A DNA stretch of 64,000 nt from Paraspadella gotoi (GCA_051294375.1 CM119264.1:26975659-27039658); one strand, 5' to 3'; counted from the first letter of the stretch, positions 25,918 through 39,947 are shown. Translations and numbers: made by a program. Notes: generated by a model from the sequence alone, not told the origin.

Positions 25918-28204
25918 TCCACCCACCCACTACACTACCTCGAGAGAGCGCTCTCCCTTTTCTCTCCCCCTGGCGCTAATGACGTGCGACCGGGCGTCTA
26001 TTGTCCCGCGCGCGTGAGGCGTTCGACGACGACGACGACGACGACTATTGAGCAAGATAATAATGAAACACCATGGGCGACATTGCCACCCGAATGCAAC
26101 GCTAGTAACAATTGATTCTGACTGCAACGACGATGGCTGCGTTATTTTGTCGTTGCTCGTTTTGTCAATCGGATGTCGGTTGTTTTGGGATCTTATATCT
26201 AGAAAGACCGTCCTTATTGTTGATTCTGAAATAGACAAATGGTAAATATACAATATTATATCAATATCAACCCTCCGGAATTATCTCTTTGAGGTTTCCT
26301 TTTTCTCGTGATTTGTTGCTGCTGAATTTTAAAAACCATTTTTGTTTTTTTCATTTTAAAACAATTAACCGTTCTAAACAAAATGCACAATTTGTTTTTT
26401 TGTTTGTTTTTTTGTTGTTTTTTTTCAATAAAATCGTTTTCGCTTCGTCAAGTTGAGGCCCATTCAACCATCAAATGATAATTTTGTTTTTGTTGTTTGA
26501 TTGTGGAGAAAAAAAATCAAGTTTTTACGTCGAATCTAATTAAAAAATTTCAAATCCAGTTGTTGAATCTTTTAATGAAATTGTCATTTACAGTCACGAA
26601 TTTTTCCCTTATGCTAATTTTATGACGGATTCGGAAATAAAAAAAAATAATCAGTCGTTGGTTAATCGATAATTCGCAAATAACGATGAGGTTTATTTTT
26701 TTAAAAATAAAATGGCTTAAAAGCGCCTTAATAATTGTTCCAGAAAAAAAACTTAACTTTTTGTTTCATTTTCAGAATTTATTTCTTCATCTCCGACGAA
26801 CTGAACAATGATCTCCGATCTGGCAGCAACAACAAAAACAGCTGACCCCGTCAACCGAATCAAGTGACCACAAAAATCTGGTTTTAGTCCCCGAGAAAGT
26901 CCAGTCCATCAAATTTGGGTGAAGAGCTGCTAAGAAAACCAAAAAAAGAAGGTGAGGATTTATGGCGGAAAACTTCATCAATAATTTCTTGTATCTTTGA
27001 AAACTCTTTGGTTATAATTTGGAATTTTGGTGGTAATTTGGAGATGATTATTTGCGAGCTCGTTCAAATCGAAACGAGACAAAACGATTTATATTTATAT
27101 TTCTGTATCAACCGTTTATTTTTTTTTCCTTCTTATTTCTTATTGTTAGCTAAATGACTTCTTCTTCATCGCTATCGTTTTTTCAATTAAAGCGACTTGT
27201 TTATCTCATCTGTAAACCTTCAGTGATTGCTTAGTTTCCGTTAGACTTTCTTCTTTGGTTTTAACCTTTCCTTATTTATGTATTTCCTTTTACTTTTTTT
27301 GCCGTTTGTTTTTCCTGCTCGCGGTTTTTAGTTGCGACTGTTTGTTTATTTTCCTCATTCATTTCTCTTCTTTCTTTCCTTTCCTCCTTTTTTTCCTTTC
27401 CTCCGCCCGGATTTTTCTTTCTTTCCTCTAAATCCTCCTCCGAGAAATGATTTATAACTCGACTCTTTTTTCTCTTTTTCTTTTGTTTACTGAAAAAAGA
27501 GACAATTTTTTTTCCCCTGGAAGAAAGACGCGAATCTTTAATCTTTCAGAGAACCCAAGTCTGCAAAAGCCGCCAAAAGCCGCCAAAAGCCGCCAAATGA
27601 CAACGAGACCGACATCTATCTGCTACTAAAGCCCTCGGCCGACCGTCTCTCCTCAAGCCGACAAAAAATCGAGGATCCGACGATGTTTCCGCTGCGTCTG
27701 CCAGCGAAGATGGCGCCGACAAATAAGGAAACGCCGCTGGAGGCGTCGTCGTCGTTGTCGCGCGTCGATTGACCACCGGAAGTAGCGCCGGCGTTGGACG
27801 CACTCCAATTCACTGAGTTTTTCATCTCTTGAATCGTGAGTTTCACCGCGCCTTCTCCACGTCATCGACGCGCCAACGTTGCGCCACCAGCTAACAGAGG
27901 GCGCCCTTTTTTTTCGGATTTGAGTCGCGCGTCCCAATCAAAGATTTTCACTCATCGATTTCGGCCTCATTTTCATCTCACATTTTCACATTTCACATCT
28001 CTCTCTCTCTCGCTCAAGCGATTCGCCTTCATCCCCTCTAGGCCTCTATTCCCGCTTCCCGCCATCTCATCCCAGCTCCGCTTCCCGTCTCATCCCGGGC
28101 ACGCCCACTTCCGTCCCGTTGGCGGAGCGTCCCTCAGTTTTATCGCCTTCTTTCTTGATTTATTACGACTGCCTCTCTCTCTCTCTCTTCTCTCTCTCTC
28201 TTCT

Positions 28205-28241
<37 letters not shown>

Positions 28242-28428
28242 AAGAAGAAAAAAGAAAAAGCAAACAAAAGAAAATAAAGACAACAAAAGTGAGCGGTTAC
28301 AAAAGCGAAGGCGGGATTTTCCGGTTAGACGCCTCCTTTCAAAGCGCTAACCACTCCCCCCTCCGACGCCGCTAAACTTGGTACTTTCCACGATTTTATG
28401 TGTTAGTTACTGCGTTTGTTGTTTCCTT

Positions 28429-28462
<34 letters not shown>

Positions 28463-30775
28463 CCTCTTAGGAGAGATATTGTTTTTGTGCGAAAAAAAAC
28501 CATCTAATATTAAAAAAAAAAAAAAAAAATTTATTTAAAAAAAAATTCAAGGACCGAAACCCAAAAAAAGTGACGTCTATTTTGCAAAATTCGACGAAAT
28601 TATATCTCGATGACTAAAAGTTTCACCAAACAAATGATCATTTCGATTTAATCTTGTATGCGTGGCGTTGAAAAAGGAGCAACCAACAAAGATATGAACA
28701 ATAAAATAAACAATTACTATTAAAATAAAAATATTAAGAAATTCTCGGTTCGTGCATTAGATTTCCCTCCTGTATCCCCACTCATCGTTTTGCTATTCAC
28801 AAAACGGAGACAGAGACGCCTCTCACTCTCTGTTCTCCGTCTCTCCCTCTCTATCGCGCGCGCGTTCAAGCTTCGTATTAATTTTTAAAAAATGAACAAA
28901 CGTTAACATACTAACATTCCCTCTTCGTTATCTTTTTTTTTTTTTCAAAATCGCGCGCGACGATTTTTGTTTCCCGCGCGAATTTCGAATTTTCGTTTTT
29001 CTTTCTCGTTTTTCTTTCTCTGGTCTATCTCGCTTCTCTCACTCTTTTTTTTATCACAACTGGGCTTATCACAACCCTCGCTCACTCACGCCGATCACCG
29101 GACCTTCCATATCATTAAATTCCGCTTCCATATCATTCGGAGTCATCTAAAAGTCGTTTCCGAACGGAGCTCCTTTTTTGCTCCAGTCCTTTGGCTCCAC
29201 TCCTTTGGCCAATCTCCTTCGACTCCTTTCGCTCATCACTACTTTTTTTTCCGATTTACTCAAGCAACTTCGTCTTCGATAAAAAGGGTGAGGAAAGGGT
29301 GATAACAGGGTGAGGAAAGAATGATGAAACAGGGTGCTAAAATAATTATTAAAACGAGTATAATGTGAGTTTAAATTGAAAGGAAAAAAAATATTCGGCT
29401 AAGGTCAATTCTTAGTAAATATTATTTAATATTATTATTAGTTAGACGATTTTTAAATAATCTACTCCGGTTATATTTTACAAAAGCTCCCCTTCTCCAC
29501 TTAATGTTTTCAATAGGGGTTAGGTTAAAGATTAGTTAATGGTTATAGATTTAGGGGTAAGGGTCAAATATTAGATTAGGGATTAAATTAGAGATTCGAG
29601 ATAATGGTTCTTTTGGAAAAAAGCGCCAACCTTTAAATAATAAACACAAAGCATCCGGTTTATTGCCCTTTCCTTTAAAAAAAAAGTTGTTAGTGAAAAA
29701 ATTTTAACCTATTTTACTCAACCACGAAAAAAATTCCCTCGAAACTTGACTATTATAAAATAAACCAAGAAAATAAAAATAAAATAAAATCGTTCGCACA
29801 CGAAAAAAAGAAACTCACAGTCAAATCCCGTTTTTCTGCTCAAAAAAAACAAAAAACAAACAAAAAACAAAAACAAACAAAAATCTCGCCACCTAAATAT
29901 TTTTAAAAATCGTAATCAACATTTCCGTGACTTTTCGTAACCATCATCTAGTCGTTAGCAAGAAAACAAAATTTTGAAAACGAAAAATAAAAACAAAAAA
30001 GCCAGCAAAACAAACAATCGAAATCGAAACCAACTTCGTCGCCATCTTTGATTTTTTTCTCTCGTTCATACGTATTTCTCCGCCATCTTCTCCTTCGAAT
30101 CTTCCCGCCAAAATGATGAAATAATAAAAAAAGAGTTGGAATTTAAAAAAAAAAATCATCGAAAAATCGAATTAAAAAAATCGAAATTCGAAAAAAAAAC
30201 GACCTCTAGTCAGAAATTCGAGAACAAAAATATCGAAATCAAAATCCGAACAAAAGACAAAGGACAAAAGACTCTCTTCCGCTTCGATTTGTTTCCAAGT
30301 CAAGATCCAGTTTTCCTCGGTTAAGCGAATCGCGTTTCAGGTGGGGGACCGGGGATTGTTGGGGATTTTGAGTTGTGGGGAANNNNNNNNNNACTCTGGG
30401 TAGTGGGGAATTTCGGGATGTGGTGAAGTTGAGTGTGGGAAATGGGAGAATTTGTGGTGAGGGGAATGTGGAGATTGCGAATTCTCAAATGAGGATGTGG
30501 GGAGAGATTACGTCAGTTCGGGAGTGAGATGGGTAAAAGGTGAAACTTGTGAGAAATGGAGAAAGATTTTTGGCGTGTGAATGAATAGGCAGATGGGAAA
30601 TGGCGGAGACCGAAAATATAAGAGACGGACGAGTTATGTTTAAGCTATTTGCACGTAGTTGAATTTTATTGATCTAGTAAAATTGTTTGACAAAGAAGAA
30701 CTCTGACCCATTTTGATCTAGTATAATTGTTTGACAAAGAAGAACTCTGACAAAGAACTCTGACCCATTTTCAGA

Positions 30776-30838
30776 ATGAGTTACACGATGGAGGATCCTT
30801 CGCAACAGTACTACGTCCCTCCCCCATCTCGCCCCAAG
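30776..30838 (+). CDS. Putative short coding exon MSYTMEDPSQQYYVPPPSRPK of an unidentified gene
   Basis: Canonical ttttcag acceptor (30773-30774) and aag|gtaagt donor; 21 open codons from ATG. Possible upstream non-coding exons at 26776-26951 and 27550-27835 have consensus splice sites. Confidence 0.4.
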
Positions 30839-32644
30839 GTAAGTTATTCCTTTTCAATTACTCCTTACCTTTCTTGGGATTAGGGGCCAAGAATGGAAGT
30901 ATGTCGCCAAGCTTGAGAGGGTTGGTTTTTTTTTAGAGGGAGAAAGAGGAGAGAGAAGAGAAGAGAGAGAGAGAGAGAGAGAGAGATAGGAGATACCGTT
31001 CATGCCATGATCGAAAAAGCGCTTGTCTCAGCAATATGACAATAAACTACCATAGCTTTAAAAACATCTATAAAAAAAATTTAGAGTTTCGTGTTGATCA
31101 AAAAAAAAATAATAAGATGCTTCTTTTAAAGAACGAAGCTGCTGTGGCGAATCCTAAATTAGCCTCCCGTATAGCTTAGTATAAGTCAGCTTGTCCCATT
31201 GACTTGGTCAGTCAGTCAATGATCACGCTGTTTAAAAGTGTGATTGGTCTGTATAAGCACGTTAATGATATTGGGTGGTTACTGCAGTCCAAAGCCCTGA
31301 GCGCCAGCTGTCGGGAGATGCCTCAAATCCCTGGCTTCCTACTTGTTCCCTCACAGCTCTCATTTATTTTATATCATAACTACCTAAAAATAAATTTGAT
31401 TTAGTATTAATGAAACAACCGACCGAATGACTGACCGACCGAGAATCCGAGGTCATCCCTGAGCCGGAAGGTCACGAGAACGAGGCAGGCGCTGGGAAGG
31501 TCAGTCATTGTTTTTATCGTAAAACGCATAGAAAATATTATCGTCTGATTATCATTTGAAGTTTTTAATTATTGGACAAGGTGAGAGTATTAATTATTAA
31601 TTCAGTAGCAATTAATGCGAAATAAACTTAGTGCTTTTGAATGTTACGAGAATCTTTGTATAGCCAAAAAACCTTAAAGACCAAAATGTGATAATGGGAA
31701 CGAAGATTGAACGGAACGGAAAGAAAATTGGAGGAAAAAGAAGGAAAGAAAATTGGAGGAAAAAGAAACCCGGAAAATTGGAGGAAAGAAACTGACTGAA
31801 AAAATCGAGGGAAAGACCAGGCGAAATAATTTGGGGGCGGGGAAGCGAATGAAGGCCGGTCTGACGAGAAAGATGATTTTAATAGAAGGAAGAGGAAAAA
31901 AGGAAAGGAAAAAGAAGGAAAGGAAAAAAAGGAAAGGAGAGAGAAGGGTTGTTTAATGGTTGTTTAAATTTTTTAAAAGAAGCCAAAACCCCAAGGAAAG
32001 AAAAAGGAAAGAAAACAAATAAAAGAAAAGGAAAAGAGTGGAGAATAAAAAGATGAAAAAAAAGAAAAGAGAGAAGGAAAATAAAAGAGGTAATGAATGA
32101 AAAGAAAACAGGAAAGGAAAGGAAAAAGAAATTCTGTGTGTGAATCCGCGTTGACATTGTGTTGAGTAATCCGGATTCGGTCAAAAAAATGTAAGTTTAT
32201 TTCTTGACAACTAAATCTATTTCAATATCTTCCGCAGTTAAAATTCAAAAAATGCCATGAAATTTTCGAAAACCCGAGTCATTCTCAAATCTAATCTGTA
32301 TTGATCTGAAACTTGTTTTAGAGTTTTATGGATGAAAAAAAAAAGAAAAATTTGCTTTTATAACTTGTAAAATACAATCACTTGAAACTTCAAGTAGAGA
32401 CAAATAAAGAAAGAAGATTGCTTTATGCTTAAATATACCCATTAAGATAATTTCATAAGCCATAATATGAACATCTTTCCAAAACTTTTTTTTTCTTTGT
32501 TTGCGGATAATTTGAAGATCTTTACAAAACTGTTTTGAACTACGATTTCACTACCAACAATATTGCCAACGATTATGTATAATTGTATATATTAATCGAT
32601 CCCCGCTCGTCAGTCCCCACCCCTTTCCCGATCCCCAACCAACT

Positions 32645-35590
32645 TCACAACTCGTCCCCTCTCTTCGGTCTCCCCGACCCTTCCCCCACGCCCCTCTTCG
32701 GCGACCCCCAATGTCCCGTCGACACCCCCTCTTCCCGTCGTCTTCCCAATTGTTTCGCTTCGTCGAAGAGTTTGAAGAATTCCTGGTGTAGCTCCTCCAA
32801 CTCCTTCCAACCTTCCGTCGACACCTTCTCCAACTCTGAAGGATCGACGAAGTCGTCGGCGTCAGCGTCGAGCCGATCGAAGATGCGGCGAATGAGTTCG
32901 TCCGCGCTACGAGAGAGGGAGCGAGGGGCGCCTGAAGGGAGAGGGCGTTGGCGGAAAGGGGAAGATGTTCGTTCGGGTTAAGAAGGAATTTCCTTTATTG
33001 AATTGACCTGGACTAATTATAGTAAGAATAAAAAATTAAATATTTACTAAGCGTTTATTACGTACATTTCATTTATCCCATATTAGGTTAAATTTATAAT
33101 ATACGTAATTTTTTTTTATTAAATAATTCATTAATTTATTCCTTTGTCAAACTCATATTTAACCTTTTTTTTACTTATCCCATATTAATTATTCTTGATC
33201 CTCATCGTGATAGAATTTTTTTTGTTTATTAAATCAGACTTTTTTCTGTAATGCTAATTATACTGTACCCAGAAAGGGACGGTCATCATCGTAGTCATCA
33301 AAGGTGTAGATGTCGTGGAAGGCTTCAAAGCTGCGCCCTTTCTTGACGACCTCTTGCATCTGCTCCTTCATCGTGCTAATTTTCTCATAGCTCCAGTTGA
33401 CGTCCGCTAGAGTCGGGTTAGAGCTTGGTGGAGCGGCTTGGCAGAAATCCTCGTTCGTCTGTCCCCTCAGAGATGGATTAGAAAAGGTGCAGTGAGTAAA
33501 AGGAGTTGGACAGATGTAGCTCAAGGAATCATTGCTGGGTTTCAAGTATTAGCGGCGAAAGGAAGCAAAAAGTAAAATTGGGAGTGGAAGAAAAACAATG
33601 AGTTTAAAAACAAACCAAAGCCGACCAAAAAAAAAACCAAAGACAGCAAAAAAAAACCAAAACCGACAAAAACAAACCAAAGCCGACAAAAACACAAACA
33701 AAATCACTCAAAAAACAAAACGCCGACAAAACCAACCAAGGGCGACCAAAAAACACCTCTACATCCGGCGGGCCTCTCCAGAAGAAACCGAGGGCGATGT
33801 TGCGTTGGGCCTCGTAGCCGATTTGACGAACGAATTCCCGAGGGACGTAGAGACAGTCGCCGGCGGAGAGGTCGGCCACGAGGTATTCCGCGACGGAAGC
33901 GACGTTGGGATTAGAGATGAAGTCGACTGAATCGACGTCGATCGAAGAGACTAAACCGTCGACGCGATCCAGAGTGAAAGAGGGGAATCTTTGGGAGAAA
34001 TAAGGGGGAGGAGGCTCGGTTTAGCGAGCTCGTTATATCGAATAAAAAATAAAAACATAAAAATGAAGAGACGGTAATTATTGTTACGAGTTAGTAACAG
34101 AAGCATTCATTATAAGTAGTCCCCGAGCTTCGAATCGGGCAGTAACACGATGTTACAGGCGGGTTAAGAGCCCCGTCCCTCTTAACTGCTTGGCGACCAC
34201 CGGGCTAGAACCCGGGACCTTTGGGTTGGGAGGCGAATAACTTGCCTCCTGCACCAATGGCCCCTGATGAACGGTTGGTGGATTTTAGTCCAGCATAAAA
34301 GATAAATTTGAAATTTAATATTTAAATTTTTAAAATTTAGGATTTAAAATTTTGTTTATAATTGATAACTTACTTCTAATTAAAAATCGATTAACAATAA
34401 AAAAAATTGGTTTGTTTATTTGTTCCTTATTACCATAAAAATTCGTTCTGTATATAATTAAAAATTTTTAATTTAGTTACATTGGCAAATTAATCTTATA
34501 TCTCCTTGAAACAGTCAAGGTAAGTTCCATCTTGACTCACTTTCCGGTATCGACCATTATGATCCTCCGGTTGCCACTGACGACGCAATCGATGTTGTCC
34601 GCCGGCTCCAAGTGAACCAAACCCCGTCTGCCCACCGACGACATCCACAGGGTGTTCCAAGTTAGGTGGGGATGAACATCCGGACACTGGAAACGGTTTA
34701 AGAAATAGTTAAATACGTATTTTATAAATTATTTTATCTTCCTTCTCCGATAGGCCGCTATAGGGTAAAAGCCAATCTTAGAAAACATTAGTTCATTGAC
34801 ATATAAACTAACCCTAAGCGGGGCTGGAAGCGGGACGTCGGTTCTGAGGAATTGAGGACACTTGTCGACCAAATGAACCGGGAGCTCGTGGTACTTTGCT
34901 AAAAATAGATAGAAGGGAACGTTGTACTTTTCTTGCTCACGAAATTCTTTGCTCGCCGCCTGCACTTCGACGTCTGTTCCTTCGGGAGGAATTAGCTGCC
35001 TGGAAAAAAATAAAGTTTGAATGATTATAGATTATTATTATTATTATTAATGATTATACGAATGCTAATTTGAAACTATCTATTTTAATTATCAAAAATC
35101 TAATTTCTTTACTTGTTGATAGAAATGATGTAACTTATAAAACTAAGACTACGTATCGAAAAACTTTTATAATATCAAGTTGAAGCGAAAGCGAAAAAGG
35201 TTTGCTTTAGGAAATTTATATTGATATAACTGTTCCTCCAAGGCCCAACGCACCTCAAGTAATCATCCTCCCAAAACTGGAAAGCCTTCGATTCATTGAA
35301 GGCCGACTTGAAAATGACCGGACGAGACGGACGAACGAATCGAGCGAAGAATTCCGCCGGCGTCGGGAACCCCTTCATCGAGGCAACCGGAGGGCGGGAG
35401 CCGGCGGCCGGGTCGCCAAAAGGGAGGAGGTGGCCTGAGGAAGAGTTTGGGCGGTTAGAGATTTATACACAACATTTAAAGCAATTAAAGTTGTTTATAG
35501 TCGACACTTACCTGGGTGAGGACTGTCCGAGGCATGGATTAAATACCCAACGGATGTCAGCAACAGCATCGAATGCAACAGGACAGTCAT
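32645..35590 (-). CDS. Secretory-pathway JmjC/cupin-like domain protein with C-terminal EF-hand and GDEL tail, 433 aa; exons 35590-35512, 35434-35254, 34999-34813, 34686-34541, 33988-33757, 33458-33269, 32931-32645
   Basis: All six introns are GT-AG with consistent phases; total 1302 nt, no internal stop. Signal-like MTVLLHSMLLLTSVGYLIHA; PGHLLPFG; FPTPAEFFARFVRPSRPVIFK; LWMSS..HLEPADNIDCVVSGNR; GDCLYVP..NIALGFFW; EF-hand-like IFDRLDADADDFVDPSEL; ends RGDEL*. Confidence 0.88.
34119..34264 (-). mobile_element. tRNA-derived SINE-like element (copy 2) in intron 4 of the JmjC gene
   Basis: Minus strand GGGGCCATTGGTGCAGGAGG...TCGCCTCCCAACCCAAAGGTCCCGGGTTCTAGCCC (A/B boxes, tRNA-like head) followed by a body homologous to 5458-5604. 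Confidence 0.7.
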
Positions 35591-36335
35591 GTTGAGCGAG
35601 AAACGTTTAATAAATAATAAATTGTGCTAAAAATAAATCGAAACGGATCAAATCGTGACAAAAAGAAAATATACGATTTATTATTGTAAACAAGAATCAA
35701 TCGAGCTAACTTGTGGCGTCCAAAATGCCACTGTTTTTACGAAAGGACAACCGATATCCTTGTCTTTTTTTAATTTTTTAATTCGGATTTAGATTCGGAG
35801 ATGAACGATTTTAAGATCAGCGAATCCGCGGTCTTAGACTCGAATTCGCTTCAAATTTTCAGAATCCCAAGAATAAATTTCGAGAAACAGGTTTTTCGTT
35901 TTTTTCGATTTAACCTTAATCTCGGTTAAAACCTGTTCTCTACATTCTCTACAATTAAAATATTAATTTTTGTAGTGATTGAAACCTGAATGCTGAGTTT
36001 TAAGGTTAAATTACAGTTTAAAGAAACATCTCTTTTCTCTTTCTCTTTATAATCGTTCTATGTTGTACCTACTTCAATAATTAAGCACAACAATTAGTGA
36101 TTATGTGTAATATTTTATTCCTTTTTACCTCTATGTCCTGCAATGTGATTATCTTGTAAGAGTGAAGGAGGCCTTAAACCACCAAAGCCTGTCCAAAGTC
36201 AGGGGCAAGATAGCTTATTTATTAAATGAATGGATATTTTTTTATATTGGTTGTACCAATTTCATAGCGTGAGAGGCTCTTTAGCGAAACCCAAACTGAC
36301 ACCTGCCGGAAGCAGTAATGTTAATTGCGGAAACG

Positions 36336-36361
36336 CGTCGTCGTCGTCGCCGCCGCCGCCG

Positions 36362-36396
<35 letters not shown>

Positions 36397-36420
36397 GCCG
36401 CCGCCACCGCCGCCGGCCAC
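36336..36420. repeat. (GCC)n trinucleotide repeat
   Basis: About 20 gcc/acc units after (gtc)n. Confidence 0.9.
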
Positions 36421-37108
36421 CGTGGTCTGTTTTATTAAGATTCAAAGAAAGGATTCTTCTCTTGTATGCATTCTGACTATTATTTTCCTTTTTATTAACC
36501 TTTGTTCCACATGGAATGTTGCAAGAGACGGGTCGGGTCTCTCCAAATACGCACTAATAATAATTAATCTTTTTTTTTATCAATTGGCTTTACGAGGAAA
36601 GAACATGGTAAAATGTTGTAGAAATCAAAGACGTAACCGATAAACTGGTCAAAGATTCTGACAGAGAAAGTCATCTCATCCCGAAAAACCAAGCGGTGAT
36701 TTTATGAAGTTCGGCCTCAAAACTCATAACCCCGATTTCAATATTCCCTCAAATGTCCATTGGACCAATTTATTTTTTCTTTTATTTATATTCAATTTCT
36801 TTTCTTTTTTTCTTTTTCCCTTTCTTATTTGCTCTTTCTTTCTCTCGAATTTCGAAATATCGGAGCACGTTAGGGCGGCTCGAAAACGGCTCATCCCCGC
36901 ACGCAACCGAGTTCCCAATTTTGTGTCGAATGCAGCCAAAGGTCAGGACCTCGAGCGCAGTCCTCCTCCCGAATTACGACGTCCACACAAATTAGCGCTA
37001 TCTAGCGGATAATGCGGAAAAAAAAGTTTTAGAAGTAGGAAACTTTAGAGTAAAACAAAAGACTTTAATGTACCCTTGAACATCGGACACGATTTCAAAG
37101 TTTTTCAA

Positions 37109-37156
<48 letters not shown>

Positions 37157-37172
37157 CTCTCTCTCCTCTCTC

Positions 37173-37222
<50 letters not shown>

Positions 37223-38700
37223 GTTGTAACGCCTATCGAAGCCTCTGGTCACGAACGGCTGAGGATGATGACACTCGACACCTCCGAAGGGGCATTTCGT
37301 CTTCATCTTCGTCGTCGTCGTCGTCGTCTCTCGTCGTCGTCGTCTACAATCTTTTTGAGATCGAAATCATTGACATCGTTTCGGTTCCACGCTTTTTTTT
37401 TCTCCACCAGGTTTTTTTTCAACTCAGCATCTGTCGGAATTAAACCTTAGTTTTCTTCGATGTTTGGTTATATTTTTGCGAATACAAAGATTCTTTAAAT
37501 ACATCATGCTTTCGTTGTTATTCGATGCGGAAATTCGCTTGTTTTCATTTGTCCGGCTTAGACCTACCTGGCAGTTGGGATTTATAAACATCGCATGGTC
37601 AACAAGTATACATACGTTTGAAATTTTTCGCTATTTTTCTTTTCTTTCCAGGACGCACTTTATTTTCTTGTGATTTTTCGTGACATTGTTTAAAAGAAAA
37701 AAAATCTAAAATTGTTTTCGATTTATTTTTATGTTGATTTATAAATATTTTTGACCGTCGAAATTCGATAGATGCCCATTATGAGTGAATAGAGGATACC
37801 ATCAAGAAATGTTTAGCAAAAACAAAACAGGTGATTAACGACTGGAGAAACAAATAATATTAACTTAAGTAAATCTCTGCATTACGATATCTTTTCTGTT
37901 TTGAATAACAAAGCGAGATTTATGAAAACGTATTCGAAATTTAATTAATGTTTATTACTATTTATAATATAAGTAATAAGTTCGTCTCGAACCATGAAAC
38001 ATAATTTTATGTACATGTATTAATATTATTATTATTATCATTATTTCCGCAGGCTCGCGATAAGCGTTTCTCTTTTGTTAATCCGGCCACTAAACCGACT
38101 TTATCTCTGAGAGGTCGCAATCAGTGTGCGTCAACACTTCGCGTTTGAATAAAAAACAAAAGACTCCGCGACTTCGTGTTAATTTTCTGATTGTGGACTT
38201 CATTGGAGATATAAAGTTGGAAAAAATAAAGCTGTAAAAATATACATTTAAAATCTACTATTAAAAATTCAACGCATCAATCACCATTCATAAGGATCAA
38301 TTTATAACGATTTCTACGTCATCTTCAATACAAAACGAGCAATGATGATGGTTGTCGTAAGTACCAAATTTTTAACTTATTATTTTTTCCATTGTATACG
38401 TTCTAGGATTTCCAATTTTAATGCGTTGTATTTTTCTGAAAAAACCAAAATATGTATAACTGACGATGCACAATAATTATGTCCGTAAATTTTACAAAAT
38501 GAAAAAAATTTAAAAAGATTTACTTTTGTACAAATAAAGATACTGGGTCCAAAAAACTACAGTTTTTGAAATAACTTCTTTTCAAACAGTATCCCTATTA
38601 CTAGTTTTAGTACTACTATTACTATTACTAGTATTAGTTTAGTCCTCGGCACAAGAAAAGTGAATGGTGCAAGTTTAGAGAAAAACCCTGCTGCGCTTTG

Positions 38701-38751
<51 letters not shown>

Positions 38752-39743
38752 TCCGCATCAGCAAAGGAAAAGAAAGGACGAGCAAGAGCAACAGCGTCGT
38801 TCGTGCTTTGGTACAGAACGAAACTCGCGTATGAGATTAGACGAAAAACTCGAAAGATAAAAGTCAAATGTAGCAAATATGTATCTCCTTCCTCTTTTGT
38901 TCTGCTTCTCCGAAATGATCCGATTTCTTTTACAATCGCATCCTGCATTACGAAACGTTACACTTAACTATGGTGCCAGGCTCACGGCCGCAGCGGCGGC
39001 AGCGGCTGTCCGTCTCCGGGACGTCGGGCGCCGCTTGAGCGGCTGCTGAGGCTCCTGAACCGCATCTGAGGCGCCACCCCGCCTCCGCAGCCGCTCTGCA
39101 CTGGCTAATACTCCTCTTCTCTCTCTCCATTGAATAGCATACGTTATTCCTCTTCCACCATTCGTTTTCTTTTTCCTCCGCTGCAGTTTCGACGCCCGAT
39201 CCGCTGCAAATTTAAGCTCCTGCATATTTTAAAGATGCGACTCCTCTCCTGCGCTTCGAGCCGTCCTAGCGCCATTATTCGCGATAACAATTAGTAGGAC
39301 GATTGTATGGAAAACGGGTCTTTTCGATTTAATGCCCGGCCACAATGGAAGAGGGTTGCTGGGAGTGAAATACCAGGGGAAGATTGCTATAATTCGAAGA
39401 CGAAATCAAATTCGTTCGTTCTTTTTGTTCATCTTGAGTTTTGTTGTAAAAGTTGTTCGAGTTTGTTAATAATTTCTTATGTAAAAATTATTTAATGGCC
39501 CTTTGTCTCCGTCTGTTAAGCTCTCTACTATACAAATTATATTTCATTTACAAAATGAAAAAGAAACAAAACGCTGAACATAAATTAAGAAGAAAATATG
39601 ATATTATCAATCAAGTAGTACGTCTAAAATGTGTAGGACAAGAATTCTCTGGTTGTCGTTCAAGTTAATACTGAATTTTTTTTTTTATTTATCATTGCAG
39701 AATTACGGCACAATAATGCCTTTATCCTGGGTATGGAGAATGG

Positions 39744-39781
<38 letters not shown>

Positions 39782-39900
39782 TTGCAGATGGTCGGCAGTA
39801 GGCAGCAGCTGACGGAACAAAAAATAAAGAATGAAAAAAGAAAAGAAAAAAATTACAGGAAACGGAAGAGGATATTGGGCGTTGGAATGAAGGTATGAGA

Positions 39901-39947
<47 letters not shown>

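Noticed and set aside
26787-26981. Minus ORF with hydrophobic start and CCCC
   Set aside because: The cysteines derive from a CAA repeat, and the splice signals point to a plus-strand exon.
29515-29595. TTAGGG-like degenerate repeats
   Set aside because: Too short and degenerate to call an interstitial telomere.
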